IMG/VR virus record: IMGVR_UViG_3300049215_000802
Span: 14,533-78,532 of that record
From: a virus
DNA length: 64,000 nt
Reading direction: 5' to 3' (one strand)
Of the stretch, positions 45,365 through 55,175 are shown one piece after another. A model generated the notes under the pieces. The model worked only from the letters and a program-made list of their open reading frames with translations, was not told where the DNA came from and did no database searches. Each line of letters opens with the position of its first letter. The stretch's first letter is position 1. Both the position numbers and the translations under genes were made by a program.

Positions 45365-45814
45365 TCACTCGGCTGGCGAGGATTCACCCGCGAGAAAGCG
45401 AAGGGATACTTCAACGAGGCGTAGCCGCTGACTGCTGGTCGCAATCTGGCGTTCGAGTTGGACGATGTCCGCGTCGAGCTCGGCCTGGTATGCCGTGAGT
45501 TCGCTCACCTCCTTTACGAGCTTCTGGTGCCTTTCATCTTCGCTGAGAGCAATCACCAGCCGCGCCTTGCGCTCGTCGGCGTTCTTGCCTTCGATGGTGA
45601 GGGACAAATGTGCCTCGCTAACGTCCAGGCGCTGGCGCAACTCGGACAGCTTTTCGTCGACTTCGATGCGTTCGGTCGCCTTCAGGCGCGCGTCGAGAAT
45701 GAGATCGTCTTGCCCCATGAGAGACGCCTTGATGCGGAAACTGTCGATGATGGTTTGACGCGAAGGAAGGCTTTGCCAGGAGCGGGGGATGTCGATACCA
45801 TTTGCAACTGTCAT
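45365..45814 (-). CDS. Coiled-coil hypothetical protein
   Basis: Heptad-rich, ATGA overlap. Confidence 0.5.
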   Translation of the reverse strand: MTVANGIDIPRSWQSLPSRQTIIDSFRIKASLMGQDDLILDARLKATERIEVDEKLSELRQRLDVSEAHLSLTIEGKNADERKARLVIALSEDERHQKLVKEVSELTAYQAELDADIVQLERQIATSSQRLRLVEVSLRFLAGESSPAE

Positions 45815-46002
45815 CGTGTCGGCCACCGGCGAGCATTGCGCCAGATACGTCGTTTCTCAACTGCAAAGAAGCTTTGATCAACGATGGGTTTCGCCTCGAC
45901 TCGCTGGGCACACCAGAGACAGGCAAGTGCGGGGTCGACCGGATCGTCATCAGTGACCATCGGTCCGCCACATCGGTTGCAGCGCGGAATCTGTTGGTTC
46001 AT
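45811..46002 (-). CDS. Small zinc-ribbon protein
   Basis: RCNRCGG...CLWCA. Confidence 0.5.
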   Translation of the reverse strand: MNQQIPRCNRCGGPMVTDDDPVDPALACLWCAQRVEAKPIVDQSFFAVEKRRIWRNARRWPTR

Positions 46003-46430
46003 CGGTCCTCCGCTTCCCAGCGCAGTACCCAAATGCGAATGTTGCTCATCGAAAAGCCGAGGGATTTGCCAATCTGTCGATAAGTTTGTCCGGCTTTTCG
46101 AGAGGCCAGAATCGTCTCTTTGAACTGGGGTATTTGCGCCGGGATCTGGCCGCCATCTTTCTTGCCGTGGCAGCGACAACAGAGGCACTGAAGATTCGAT
46201 GGATCATTGTTTTGGCGGTTGTGGTCTATGTGGTCGATCGTGAGTGGCCATCCCCACCGCTGACGATGCTCAATTTCGGTCATCCCACACCGAACGCAGG
46301 TTCGACCGTCGCGGTCCAGTACGGTGTCACGAGCCTTGTCGAACTCGTAGTGCTTATCCAGGCTAAAGCCGTGTTCAGCAGCGAATCGCGCTCGCTTTTG
46401 TCGGTTCCATTCACGGTAGTCGAATGGCAT
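45999..46430 (-). CDS. HNH endonuclease with C-terminal HTH
   Basis: RDGRTCVRCG...IDHIDHNRQNNDPSNLQCLCCRCHGKK; TYRQIGKSLG HTH. Confidence 0.85.
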   Translation of the reverse strand: MPFDYREWNRQKRARFAAEHGFSLDKHYEFDKARDTVLDRDGRTCVRCGMTEIEHRQRWGWPLTIDHIDHNRQNNDPSNLQCLCCRCHGKKDGGQIPAQIPQFKETILASRKAGQTYRQIGKSLGFSMSNIRIWVLRWEAEDR

Positions 46431-46742
46431 CTAGCGGTCCTCCGCCAGGTCCGACAACACCGTTCGCTGCGCAAAGGGCTGGCGCGTGTTCCGTCGGGCA
46501 CTTTCCCATACGCGAACAAGCGTGTGTAGCGTTGTGGTCGCCTGCTTCACCTGGTCGTCGTAGTAGCCGGACCACTCATGGACACCCATTTCACGCGCGC
46601 GGTCGCGCTTCTTGCGCCACTGCTCCCGGCCGCGCCAGTGATACGAAATCTCCGCACGAAGAGCAGCGTTGATCGCATCAGGAAGGACGCCGATAGCCTG
46701 TTCGCGTGGGGGTGGGGCGATAAATCGAAAAAAAACGCTCAT
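46431..46742 (-). CDS. Early hypothetical protein
   Basis: Coupled ORF downstream of Cro. Confidence 0.4.
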   Translation of the reverse strand: MSVFFRFIAPPPREQAIGVLPDAINAALRAEISYHWRGREQWRKKRDRAREMGVHEWSGYYDDQVKQATTTLHTLVRVWESARRNTRQPFAQRTVLSDLAEDR

Positions 46743-46933
46743 CTAGCCACCAGCCCTAGCGCCTTTGGCGCCCGAACCTGCTCAATCCGTCGATCGACGT
46801 TCGCGAGCAGCTCCTCGTCGAACGCGATCATTCCCAGTCGATCGGGAAAACCGTCAGCCACCGCGCGCCGTCGTTCCGCCAGCCGGACGGAGACTTCCTC
46901 GCGCAAATCCAAGAGCCGTGATAGACTTGACAT
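46739..46933 (-). CDS. Early hypothetical protein
   Basis: ATG at 46933, TAG overlap with next gene. Confidence 0.35.
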   Translation of the reverse strand: MSSLSRLLDLREEVSVRLAERRRAVADGFPDRLGMIAFDEELLANVDRRIEQVRAPKALGLVAR

Positions 46934-47003
46934 ATGAGGTTCCCTCCCACGGAATCTCATTGATTGCCGCTCGGCGTGTACCAGACGTCGGGCGGTTAAA
47001 TAT

Positions 47004-47204
47004 TTAGGCCGCGAGTTTCGCGCGAGCCCGAAGCGGCACGACATTCGCGACCGGTTCGGGATCAGGACTTGTGAGAAGCACACAGGCACGAAGGACGAGC
47101 GCCGCAATGTCCTGGTGGCCGCGCTCATTCGCAAGCACCTGCGCCTCGACGAGCAGTTCCTCCGCGAGCGCTCGACGACGAGCGGCAAGGTTTACGATCG
47201 TCAC
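47004..47204 (-). CDS. Early hypothetical protein
   Basis: GTG start with GGAGGAAGG RBS. Confidence 0.45.
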   Translation of the reverse strand: MTIVNLAARRRALAEELLVEAQVLANERGHQDIAALVLRACVLLTSPDPEPVANVVPLRARAKLAA

Positions 47205-47437
47205 CCCTTCCCTCCTACAGCGATAATTTCTTCAGCCCGCGCCTCGACCTGACGCGCGTTCTCTTCCATCTTTGCGTCGGCATATTGGGCAAGGGCCCGT
47301 CCCCAACGCTCGACGTCTCGCGGCCGATTTCCCACGATCAGCCAGCACTCACCTCGCGTTGCCGCGGCGACGACGTCGGCCGGCGGCTGCTCGTCGAGGA
47401 AGATGTAGACATTCTTTGCCGGCAAGTTGGATCTCAT
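47201..47437 (-). CDS. Early hypothetical protein
   Basis: ATGA overlap with Cro. Confidence 0.45.
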   Translation of the reverse strand: MRSNLPAKNVYIFLDEQPPADVVAAATRGECWLIVGNRPRDVERWGRALAQYADAKMEENARQVEARAEEIIAVGGKG

Positions 47438-47685
47438 CGGTCTGAGCCTGCGCTCTTACGCACGGTGCTTGCAAGTTCAGGCACATCTGATTGCAAAAAA
47501 AGAAGCACGAGCGGCTGGAGTTCGGGATATGCCCGCGTAACGCCACGTAGGATTGCCTCGCCGATGCGCTGCTCCTCGGTCCGCGTCTTTTGCCACATTT
47601 GGCGCGAAACGCCCAGGACCGCCGCGAACTCCTCGTCAGTCAGCTCGTCTTTGCGCTGGCGTTCGATCAGTCGCTCTAGAAGCAT
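47434..47685 (-). CDS. cro: Cro-like HTH regulator
   Basis: LTDEEFAAVLGVSRQMW HTH; divergent from CI. Confidence 0.75.
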   Translation of the reverse strand: MLLERLIERQRKDELTDEEFAAVLGVSRQMWQKTRTEEQRIGEAILRGVTRAYPELQPLVLLFLQSDVPELASTVRKSAGSDR

Positions 47686-47699
47686 CTGCCCCTCCGGTG

Positions 47700-47795
47700 T
47701 GTGCTAGTACATTAGCAGATAGTGCGAGCGAATGCAATACCTATTTGAGGCAGGTTTCAACCACTTCTAGCAAAATCTGCTAACTTGTTAGCACA
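47700..47795. promoter_or_regulatory. Pair of inverted 20-bp operators in the CI/Cro switch
   Basis: TGTGCTAGTACATTAGCAGA (47700-19) and TCTGCTAACTTGTTAGCACA (47776-95); each has a TGCTA...TAGCA dyad. Confidence 0.7.
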
Positions 47796-47816
47796 CCACA
47801 CAAGGGAACAGGTGGT

Positions 47817-48494
47817 ATGCCTCGCCATAGTCGTCTGGGTAACCTTATTCGGGAATATCGGGAGAAACGCGGGCTGACGCAAGGGCAGTTGGCCCAATAT
47901 GCCCAGGTCCCGCGCCCTTGGCTATCGGTCGTGGAAACGGGTCGAATAGAAAAGCCCGAGCGTGACCGTCTGACTGCGGTCGCAAAGGTGCTCCGTATCG
48001 ATCCTGAGAGGTTCCTTGACGCGGCTGGCTATAACATTACCCCTGGCCAGGCAACTCACGAAATGTCGACGGCTGACCTGGCTCGCGAACTCCTCGCACG
48101 ACTAGAAGTTGAAGCAGAGGTAAAGCCAGTGCTGGTTCCGATTGTTCCGAATGTCACGGTTTCGGCTGGCGCCGGAGGCGTTGGGAACGAAGTGGTCGCC
48201 TATTTGCCGAAGGCCGAAGCGCGTGAGCACGAGTTTCTTGCCGTTCGAGTGATCGGCGATTGTATGGAACCGGACATTCACCGCGGCGAAGTCGTCGTGG
48301 TCGATACGTCGGCGGACCCGCGTGCTGGCGATATTGTGGTTGCTGAACGCGAGGGTGAAATGCTTATCAAGCGACTGCGGCGACGCGGCGCTGATCTTTT
48401 TCTTGAGCCAAATCAGTCAGATTATGAGACGGTTCAGGTCGACGAGCACACCCGTATTGTCGGCGTGGTCCGCTGGTCGGGCCGCGAACACTAG
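47817..48494 (+). CDS. cI: CI-like repressor (XRE HTH + S24 peptidase)
   Basis: RGLTQGQLAQYAQV HTH, SAGAG cleavage site, GDCMEP (Cys for Ser), LIKRL. Confidence 0.88.
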   Translation: MPRHSRLGNLIREYREKRGLTQGQLAQYAQVPRPWLSVVETGRIEKPERDRLTAVAKVLRIDPERFLDAAGYNITPGQATHEMSTADLARELLARLEVEAEVKPVLVPIVPNVTVSAGAGGVGNEVVAYLPKAEAREHEFLAVRVIGDCMEPDIHRGEVVVVDTSADPRAGDIVVAEREGEMLIKRLRRRGADLFLEPNQSDYETVQVDEHTRIVGVVRWSGREH

Positions 48495-48496
48495 GC

Positions 48497-50131
48497 ATGC
48501 CTGCCTTTCGCTGCGTCATCCTCGCCGCCGTCAGCTCCACGGCCCAGGTCGCCGATTTGGCCGGCGATGAGAAGGAATCCATCCCGTACCAGCTGCGCCG
48601 CGGCCGCGAGATCATCGAAGCACGCGGCTGGTCCGAGGTTGCCGAGCCACTCGTCATCCCCGGCCAGTCACGCTCGCTCAATTGGCTGCACGAGGCGCTG
48701 GAGCAGATCGACGCCTATCGCCAACTACGCGACCTCGCCGACGCCCGACGGATCGACCTGGTGATCTGCCGCAACTACGACCGTCTCGCCCGGACCTCGA
48801 CGCTCCAGCAGCAGGTGTCGGCCTATCTGAAGGAGCGCGGCGTCCAGATTTACGCGCTCGAAATGCCTGTCGAGCCGCACGACCCGCGCAGCTGGCGCCC
48901 GCGGTCCGACAGCACCCGCCTCTGGGTGGAGGCGATCGCCGGCGCACAGTCCGAATCCTACGTCAACCAGCTCAGCAACTTCCACCGCTTCGGGATGGAG
49001 GGACGCACGAAGAAGGGCTGGCACGCCGAGGGGACGCCGGTCTACGGCTATCGCGACATCGTGACACCCGATGGTTACGGGAAGATCCCGAAAAAGCGTG
49101 TTCCCGATCCAGAGACCTTTCCCGTCGCCCAGCGCATTTTTCGGATGCTCCTCGACGGAAAGACGGGCGTCTACGTGATGCGCTGGCTCAACGGCATCGC
49201 CGACAATCCGGGCGGCACGCGTGCTCCGATCCCTAGCGCCCGCGGTGGTCTCTGGTCGACCCAGGCCGTGGTCAGCCTCGCCCGCAATCCCTTCTACGCC
49301 GGCAAAGTCGCCCGCTATCGCTTCACCCTGAGTCAGGATGGTCGGCGGCGCCGCAAGAGCACGCGCGAGCAGCCAGGGTTACTTGTCGATGGTGTCCACG
49401 AACCGGCCATTTTGTGGGAGGAGTGGCTTCGCGTTCAGGAGATTCTCACCGCACGCGGCAAGGTGGCCCCCCGCCTTCGCCGGCGCGATTACCTTTGGAG
49501 TGGCCTCGCCGTCTGCGGGTACTGTCTCGATCGCGGCGAGGCTGCTCCGAGTATGCGGTATTGCCACGACAAGCAGGCTAATCTTGATGGGCGCGTCCGC
49601 CACTACGAATACTTGGTCTGTTCCCATTATTCGGTATCGAGTGGCACCTACTGCCAGCGCAACTACATCCCGATCGACGCCTTCTGCACTGCGGTAAAGG
49701 AGTGGCTACACGCCGTCCTCTCCGATCCGCGGCTCATCGAACGCGCCGCGGCCGGCGATGAGGACGATCCGCACCAGCCAATCCGTGCGGACCTGGCGCG
49801 CGTCGACGAGGCCATCGCGCGTCTGAGTGGCGAGGAACGACGATGGGACCAGGCCTATCGGCAGGGAGTAATTTCGCTCGAGCGGTACGGACAGGGCCTG
49901 CAGGACATGCAGCAGCAGCGTCAACGAGCCGAGTTAGAGCGGGCGACGTTAGCCAGCGCGCTAGAACGTGCGAGCTCCGCCGAGCTGCGCCGCGCTCAGC
50001 GCGATCGTGCCCTCGCCGATCTTCGCTCAATCGAGATCGACCCCGCCGATCCCGCCGTCGTTCGGCTGATCCACCAGGTGCTCGCCCAGATCCAGATCCG
50101 CAGTCGAATCCTGACGTTCGTTCCATACTAG
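48497..50131 (+). CDS. Large serine recombinase (integrase)
   Basis: VSSTAQ...SIPYQ catalytic region, YDRLAR, PVYGY recombinase domain, NPFYAG, CGYC/CSHY...C zinc ribbon, coiled coil. Confidence 0.92.
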   Translation: MPAFRCVILAAVSSTAQVADLAGDEKESIPYQLRRGREIIEARGWSEVAEPLVIPGQSRSLNWLHEALEQIDAYRQLRDLADARRIDLVICRNYDRLARTSTLQQQVSAYLKERGVQIYALEMPVEPHDPRSWRPRSDSTRLWVEAIAGAQSESYVNQLSNFHRFGMEGRTKKGWHAEGTPVYGYRDIVTPDGYGKIPKKRVPDPETFPVAQRIFRMLLDGKTGVYVMRWLNGIADNPGGTRAPIPSARGGLWSTQAVVSLARNPFYAGKVARYRFTLSQDGRRRRKSTREQPGLLVDGVHEPAILWEEWLRVQEILTARGKVAPRLRRRDYLWSGLAVCGYCLDRGEAAPSMRYCHDKQANLDGRVRHYEYLVCSHYSVSSGTYCQRNYIPIDAFCTAVKEWLHAVLSDPRLIERAAAGDEDDPHQPIRADLARVDEAIARLSGEERRWDQAYRQGVISLERYGQGLQDMQQQRQRAELERATLASALERASSAELRRAQRDRALADLRSIEIDPADPAVVRLIHQVLAQIQIRSRILTFVPY

Positions 50132-50164
50132 CCACTCCTCGCGCTCGCCAGCCACGGCGAGAGG

Positions 50165-50200
50165 TCACCTACCTGCAATTACACGTTACGCTTTCGAGGG
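50165..50200. other. Probable prophage attachment junction (approximate)
   Basis: The capsid reading frame turns into junk (VVTLE|SVTCNCR*) in a short AT-richer patch 40-60 bp past the integrase stop. Confidence 0.6.
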
Positions 50201-52073
50201 TCACCACAACCAGGTTGCCGAACTTCGACGGCGTGTAGTTTTCACGCGCGTCGCCCCAGGCCGCGTTCGTGTAGCTCGCGTCTTCGTTCACCGTCGAGAG
50301 CGACGCAAAGTCGTTCAACCGGATCCGGTTCTGCTGCTTCATGTCCAGAATCGGCACCTTGATCGTGAACGGCTCCCACCACTTCGGCTGCGCCTGATAG
50401 TCCCGGACAATGCGCTTGGTCATGCTGTTGAGCACGACGTTGGAGAGAACCGACGTCGTGACCTCGTTCGCTTCACGGACGATCGACTCTTCCCAGTGGT
50501 AATTCCCGGTGAAGAACTTGTCGCCCGTGATCAAAACGTACGCCTCGCGGATCCCGGTCAGCCGCGGAATCCCGGTCAGGTGCGACGGCACGTCCAGCCC
50601 GAACAGCCGATCAAACGCCGCCTGCACCTTGTCGAGCGCCGTCGTGCCCTGCACGTAGCCCGGATCGAGGATGCTCGCGCCAACGCCCCGAATCGCCCGT
50701 TGGCCGAACACGTCGCCGAGTAGCCCGCGCAAACCGGCGATCGCGCCGTCCACCTCGCTCGCCTCGAACACCCGACCCGCGAACTGTTGGCGCACGTGCG
50801 CCTGCGCCGCCGACGGCAAGCCGCTCGCCGCCAACCGCGACTCCAGCTGCGCCGCGGCCATCTGCTGGCGCATGGGCGCCATCGCCGCCTCGACCGCCCG
50901 TTGCACCGCCGACTGAAACCCCGCGTCCAACCCGTTCCCCACTCCGCGTGCCCCGTCTGGCCTCCTCTCCCCTTGAGAGAGGGTTAGGGTGAGGGAGTCC
51001 CTCGACCCCGCCGACGGTTGAACCACGGTCGAACCTTGAATCTGCGCGTTCTGCCCCTCGCGAACGTCGCCGACCACCGCGCTCACACCAAGCTGCCCGG
51101 TCACGCCATTCCCTCCTCTCGCGTCCCCCACCACCCGAAACCCGACACCCGACACCCCTCCGTCCTGTCTCGACACCCGAAACCCGACACCCACCCCCTC
51201 GTCCTCTAGCCCCCACCCGGTATAATCGACCTCGGCCGGTCGCTCGGCCTGCTGGGCTTCCAGAATGCGATCAAACGACCCGCCAGCAGACGGCCGAATG
51301 ACCAGGTCGCCCGAGTTGACCGACACCACCGCGTGCACGTCGAACCTGGCTTTGCCCCCGGCCTTGCTCGGCGACCGCAGCAGCTTCCAATCCGCCGAGA
51401 TCCCGATCGGCGGCGCCGGGTGACCAGCGCTCGACGCCGACAGCGCTTCCCGGATCGTCTGAAAGACGCCGTGATCGTTCTCGCTCAACCGCAGCCGAGC
51501 GCGAATGCCGCGCCCAACTTCGTAGCGCGCGCCCTCGTATACCCCGACGAGATCCCGAAGACTGCGCGAGCCAGCCCGCGTCAGGTCCAGCGCCGTCGGG
51601 TGATCCAGAAACGCCGGCGCCCCGTTCCACAGCGGTGTCGCCTCGCGCAGCACCGAGTCCGAGTACACGTACCCGTTCTCGCTCACGCCCGGCCGCGCGA
51701 TTGTCACCTCGACCAGCCGATGCGTTTCGTCCACGACAACCGCCTCGAGCGCCCGATCGGCGACCTGCCCCGCGGCCGCCCCGGTCGAGCTAAAGCCGCC
51801 GACGTTCAATTGCCGATGCGCCTCTTCCTCGACGCCGTGCCCCAGCTTCACCCCGAACCGATGCAGCGCCCGGGCAATTCGGTGCCGGGCGTCGCGCCGC
51901 TCGCCGTCCTCCAGCCCGCCCGTGCGGTCCAGCATGTCCCACGCCAGTCGCGCGTGGCTCTCGTCGTGAATCGGCAGCACCCGCTTCTCCGGCACCGCGA
52001 ACTCCGCGTCCGGCAGCAGCGACCGCTCGTGCTCCGTCAACGTCGCCTCCCGCACCACCGTCCCAATCGTCAC
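50169..52073 (-). pseudogene. Protease-scaffold-major capsid fusion, C-terminally truncated
   Basis: N-terminal DUF6582-like LPIHDESHARLA; GAPAFLDHP protease region; capsid part EANEVTT...YQAQPKWW...LSTVNEDASY...KFGNLVVVT ends abruptly. Confidence 0.75.
50960..51001. repeat. REP-like CCCTCACCCTAACCCTCTC element, in frame within the capsid gene
   Basis: cctctccccttgagagagggttagggtgaggg; related copies at 53285-53325 and 53370-53412. Confidence 0.55.
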
Positions 52074-52103
52074 TCCACCCTCCCGATTCCCCGCCCCACG
52101 GAG

Positions 52104-52263
52104 CTAGGTGCTAGGTGCTAGGTGCTAGGTGCTGGGTACTGGGGTTCAGGTGTCGGGTATCGGGTATCGGGTGTCAGGAGACAGTGGCTTATCTGACACC
52201 CGATACCCGATACCCGATACCCGTTCCCCACAACCTAGCACCAAGCACCTAGCACCTCGCACC
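52104..52263. repeat. Large hairpin built from heptamer repeats
   Basis: (CTAGGTG)n...(TCGGGTA)n-GTCAG loop CTGAC-(ACCCGAT)n...(CTAGCAC)n; perfect 25-bp inner stem 52153-52177/52193-52217. Confidence 0.85.
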
Positions 52264-52266
52264 GAT

Positions 52267-53160
52267 CTACCGATTCCCCTCGAACGCCGCCGGCGGCACG
52301 TAGCCCAGCTCGTACACCGAGCCCGCGGCCCGCCTGGGCCGGCGCCAGCCGCTTTCCTCGTCCGGGTCAACGCCCTGGTCGTACTCGTCGCCCGGATCAA
52401 CCTCGCGGAACAGCGGCCGCCCTTGCGCCGATAGTGCCGCCGGCCCGAAATCGCCGCCGCTCCCCGAGCGCTCCATCGGCGCAAAATCCCGATCCCCACG
52501 TCCGTCGTAGATCGCGCCGTACGCGCCGCGGCCGCCGCGCAGCCCCGGGTTCAGTATCCCTTGATAACCGCCGTAGACGTCGATCCCCGTCTCGATCGTG
52601 CTCTGCAGATGCTCCGGGCTCACCCCCGATCCCTGGTACTCCAGCGGCGCCGCGCCCTGCGCGTGGTGCGGCCCCACGTACTCACCGTTCGAGCGCGGGC
52701 CAAGGCCCGTCGGTCTCATCCCCAGGTCCTCCTTCCGCGCAACCTCGCCCGGCCGCGCAAAGCTGCCGGGAACGCCCCCCAGCGCCGGCCCGTATACCCG
52801 GCTCTCATCAGCCAACGCGCCACCCGGCACCGGCCCGTGCACCTGCCCGTACGAGCTGGGCGCCAGGGTACCCACCAGCAACGCATCGCCCGGCGTCCCA
52901 ATCGCCCCGGGCGGCGGCGTGCCGATCACTCGCGGCGGCCCCAGCGGCGCGGTCACGTCGTCGGGAATCATCCCGTCGGCGAGCCTCCCCGGCAGCTCCA
53001 AATCCCGAAGGCTATAGCCCGTCGGGTCGATCGCGTCCGGCTGACTGTAGCCGGGCATCTGCCCGGCAAAGACACTCGTCCCCGCCGGCGAGCTCGCAAA
53101 CCACGGATCGATGAAAGGCCGCCGATCGTCAAACCGCGCGTTACGCTCACCCCGAGCCAT
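52267..53160 (-). CDS. Gly/Pro-rich hypothetical protein between portal and capsid genes
   Basis: ATG at 53160 with GGAG-rich RBS; low complexity; no motif recognised. Confidence 0.55.
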   Translation of the reverse strand: MARGERNARFDDRRPFIDPWFASSPAGTSVFAGQMPGYSQPDAIDPTGYSLRDLELPGRLADGMIPDDVTAPLGPPRVIGTPPPGAIGTPGDALLVGTLAPSSYGQVHGPVPGGALADESRVYGPALGGVPGSFARPGEVARKEDLGMRPTGLGPRSNGEYVGPHHAQGAAPLEYQGSGVSPEHLQSTIETGIDVYGGYQGILNPGLRGGRGAYGAIYDGRGDRDFAPMERSGSGGDFGPAALSAQGRPLFREVDPGDEYDQGVDPDEESGWRRPRRAAGSVYELGYVPPAAFEGNR

Positions 53161-53169
53161 TAGGCCCCT

Positions 53170-53462
53170 CCTTTGCCCCACGTCCCCAGGTTCTAGGTGC
53201 TCCCCTTCCCCGCCACCCCACCTCTCCAGGTGCTCTCCCCCTCTCTACCCCACCTCCCCAGGTTCTAGGTTCCAGGTGTTAGTCCCCTCCCTCACCCGCC
53301 CGCAGGCGGCCTCTCCCGCTGGGAGAGGCGGAAGACGCGCGTCCCCGCTTATTCGCCGCCCGTTGCCAGTTCCCCCTCTCCAGCCAGGCTGGAGAGGGAG
53401 CGAGGGGGTGAGGCCCGACCCCGCCCCCGACACCCGATACCTGACACCCGACACCCATCCCA
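53170..53462. repeat. Intergenic cluster of heptamer and REP-like repeats
   Basis: ccccaggttctagg twice, two CCTCTCC...GGAGAGG hairpins, cccgacacccgatacctgacacccgacaccc. Confidence 0.65.
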
Positions 53463-53464
53463 CG

Positions 53465-55045
53465 TCACACCCGCACCGTCGGATCCGGCACGACCGTCCC
53501 CCGCCCCGGGTAGGGTGGCGGCTTCGGCTCGGCGAAACGCGGGTCGCGCTCGTCGAGCGGGTCCGGGCCGCGCAACGGTCCCGCGCGCCGCCGCGCCCTC
53601 GCGTTACGCCAGCTCGTCGTCGGCCCCGCCGCGCCGCTTGACGGCCCCGCGCCCGGGTCCGCGCCCGGCAGACTCGCGACCTCGCCGAGGAAGTGCTGGA
53701 AAACCCGCGAGGCCTCCTCGTTCGTCACCCACTGCCGATCGACGGCAATCGCCAAAGAATCGGTCAGGTTCTCGATCCCCTGCGCCACCTGCAGGCTCGC
53801 GTCCGGGTCCAGCTCCGGGAACTCGGCCGTGATGTCGTCGATTCCCACGTCGACAAGGCCGCGCCGATGCAGCGCCTCGACCGCGAGCGTCCGCATCACG
53901 CTCCCGAAAAAGAGCTGCCGCTCGCGGTAATGGAGGTACGTCGGCGCCGACATTTCCGAGGCGGTCCCCCGCGCGGTCCGCTCGGCCTCGGCGAGGAAGT
54001 ACAGTGGCACGCCCGCTCCCGCCGCGATCATCAGCCGAATGGCGAGGCCGTCGTCGGCAACCTGCGGCGCCTGAATCTGCGGCAGCACCGCCGTCCACGT
54101 CTCGTTCTCGTTGCTCACGATCACGCTGCCGGGTGGCGGGGGGACGGCAAGCTCGGCCATCCGCTGGGTGACCGCCCGCCGATCCGCCCCCTTGATCTGA
54201 ACGTGCCAGACGAACGCCGTCCGGTACTTGTTCAGCCGTACCCGGTCCGTGAGCCAATCGCGATACCGTCGCAGCCAGGGAAGAATGGGCGCCAGGTCGC
54301 TCATTCCGCGGACAACGCCCGCCGGGCGGTTGACCGCGAAATGGAACATATCGCCTTTGTCCCACCACCGTCCCTCGGCCTGCAGCGCGCTCGGCATCCG
54401 CATCAACGTGTCCGGCGTCATTGGCTGCGCGGTCTGGTGGTACTTCAGCTCGTCTTCCAGATCGTCCGGGTTCGTCTCAATCCGATCGATGAGTGCCGCC
54501 GGCACCAGCCGAACGTAGCTCGTCAGGTCGTAGGGATTCGTGTGGACCGTGACGAAGATCTCGCCGTCGAGCGACAGCGCCGTCATCAGCGTGAACTGCC
54601 GCAGCCCCAAATCGTTCAGCGGGTGATGCCACCACAGGTCAATCTCCGCCTGAACCTTCGGGTCCGCCGCCTTCAGCTGCATCCCGTCGCCGAGCACGTG
54701 GTCCACCTGAAGCTGTACCAACCGGAATGCCAGCGGATTCGTCCGGTAATAGTCGGTCGCATTGTTCAGGTTCTCGATGATCTGGGCCCAGGTCAGCTCG
54801 CGCATCCCGCCCGAGATCAGCGAGCGCCAGCCGCGGTCTTCGTCGATAATGCTCTGGCTGAACGCCTGCGGGTTCACCTGCTCCGCGACGTCGGCCAGCG
54901 CCGCGCCCACCTTCCCATCGTTGGACACGAAAAAACTCGACGAGCCTGCCGAATCAGCAGAACGAGGCACCGCCACGCTCGGGCCGCCCGGGGCGGCAGC
55001 CGGCTCGTCGTAGACAATCCTCCGCAACCGATCCCGAAAACCCAT
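53465..55045 (-). CDS. Phage portal protein (second element)
   Basis: YYRTNPLAFRLV....DHVLGDG...LDGEIFV...RGMSDLAPILPWL..Y..W; follows the terminase. Confidence 0.85.
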   Translation of the reverse strand: MGFRDRLRRIVYDEPAAAPGGPSVAVPRSADSAGSSSFFVSNDGKVGAALADVAEQVNPQAFSQSIIDEDRGWRSLISGGMRELTWAQIIENLNNATDYYRTNPLAFRLVQLQVDHVLGDGMQLKAADPKVQAEIDLWWHHPLNDLGLRQFTLMTALSLDGEIFVTVHTNPYDLTSYVRLVPAALIDRIETNPDDLEDELKYHQTAQPMTPDTLMRMPSALQAEGRWWDKGDMFHFAVNRPAGVVRGMSDLAPILPWLRRYRDWLTDRVRLNKYRTAFVWHVQIKGADRRAVTQRMAELAVPPPPGSVIVSNENETWTAVLPQIQAPQVADDGLAIRLMIAAGAGVPLYFLAEAERTARGTASEMSAPTYLHYRERQLFFGSVMRTLAVEALHRRGLVDVGIDDITAEFPELDPDASLQVAQGIENLTDSLAIAVDRQWVTNEEASRVFQHFLGEVASLPGADPGAGPSSGAAGPTTSWRNARARRRAGPLRGPDPLDERDPRFAEPKPPPYPGRGTVVPDPTVRV

Positions 55046-55059
55046 CGCTCACCCGCCCC

Positions 55060-55153
55060 CTAAACCCCGTTCCCCAACGCCCCGGTCACCAGAACCCGTC
55101 CCCCAGAACCCGTACCCTAGAACCCAGCACCTAGCACCTAGCACCTAGCACCC
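55060..55153. repeat. Heptamer repeat tract (AGAACCC / CTAGCAC)
   Basis: agaacccg...ctagaacccagcacctagcacctagcacctagcacc. Confidence 0.7.
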
Positions 55154-55175
55154 ATTCGTTCCGTCCCACTGCCGC

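Larger units (their letters stand above)
1..50190 (-). mobile_element. Temperate siphovirus-like prophage (left end outside window)
   Basis: Colinear terminase-portal-head-neck-tail genes, replication genes, Cro/CI switch and serine integrase. The right boundary is where a foreign capsid ORF breaks off just after the integrase. Confidence 0.93.

Noticed and set aside
52104-55153. CRISPR array
   Set aside because: The repeats are tandem 7-mers forming hairpins, with no 25-45-bp repeats separated by unique spacers and no cas genes.
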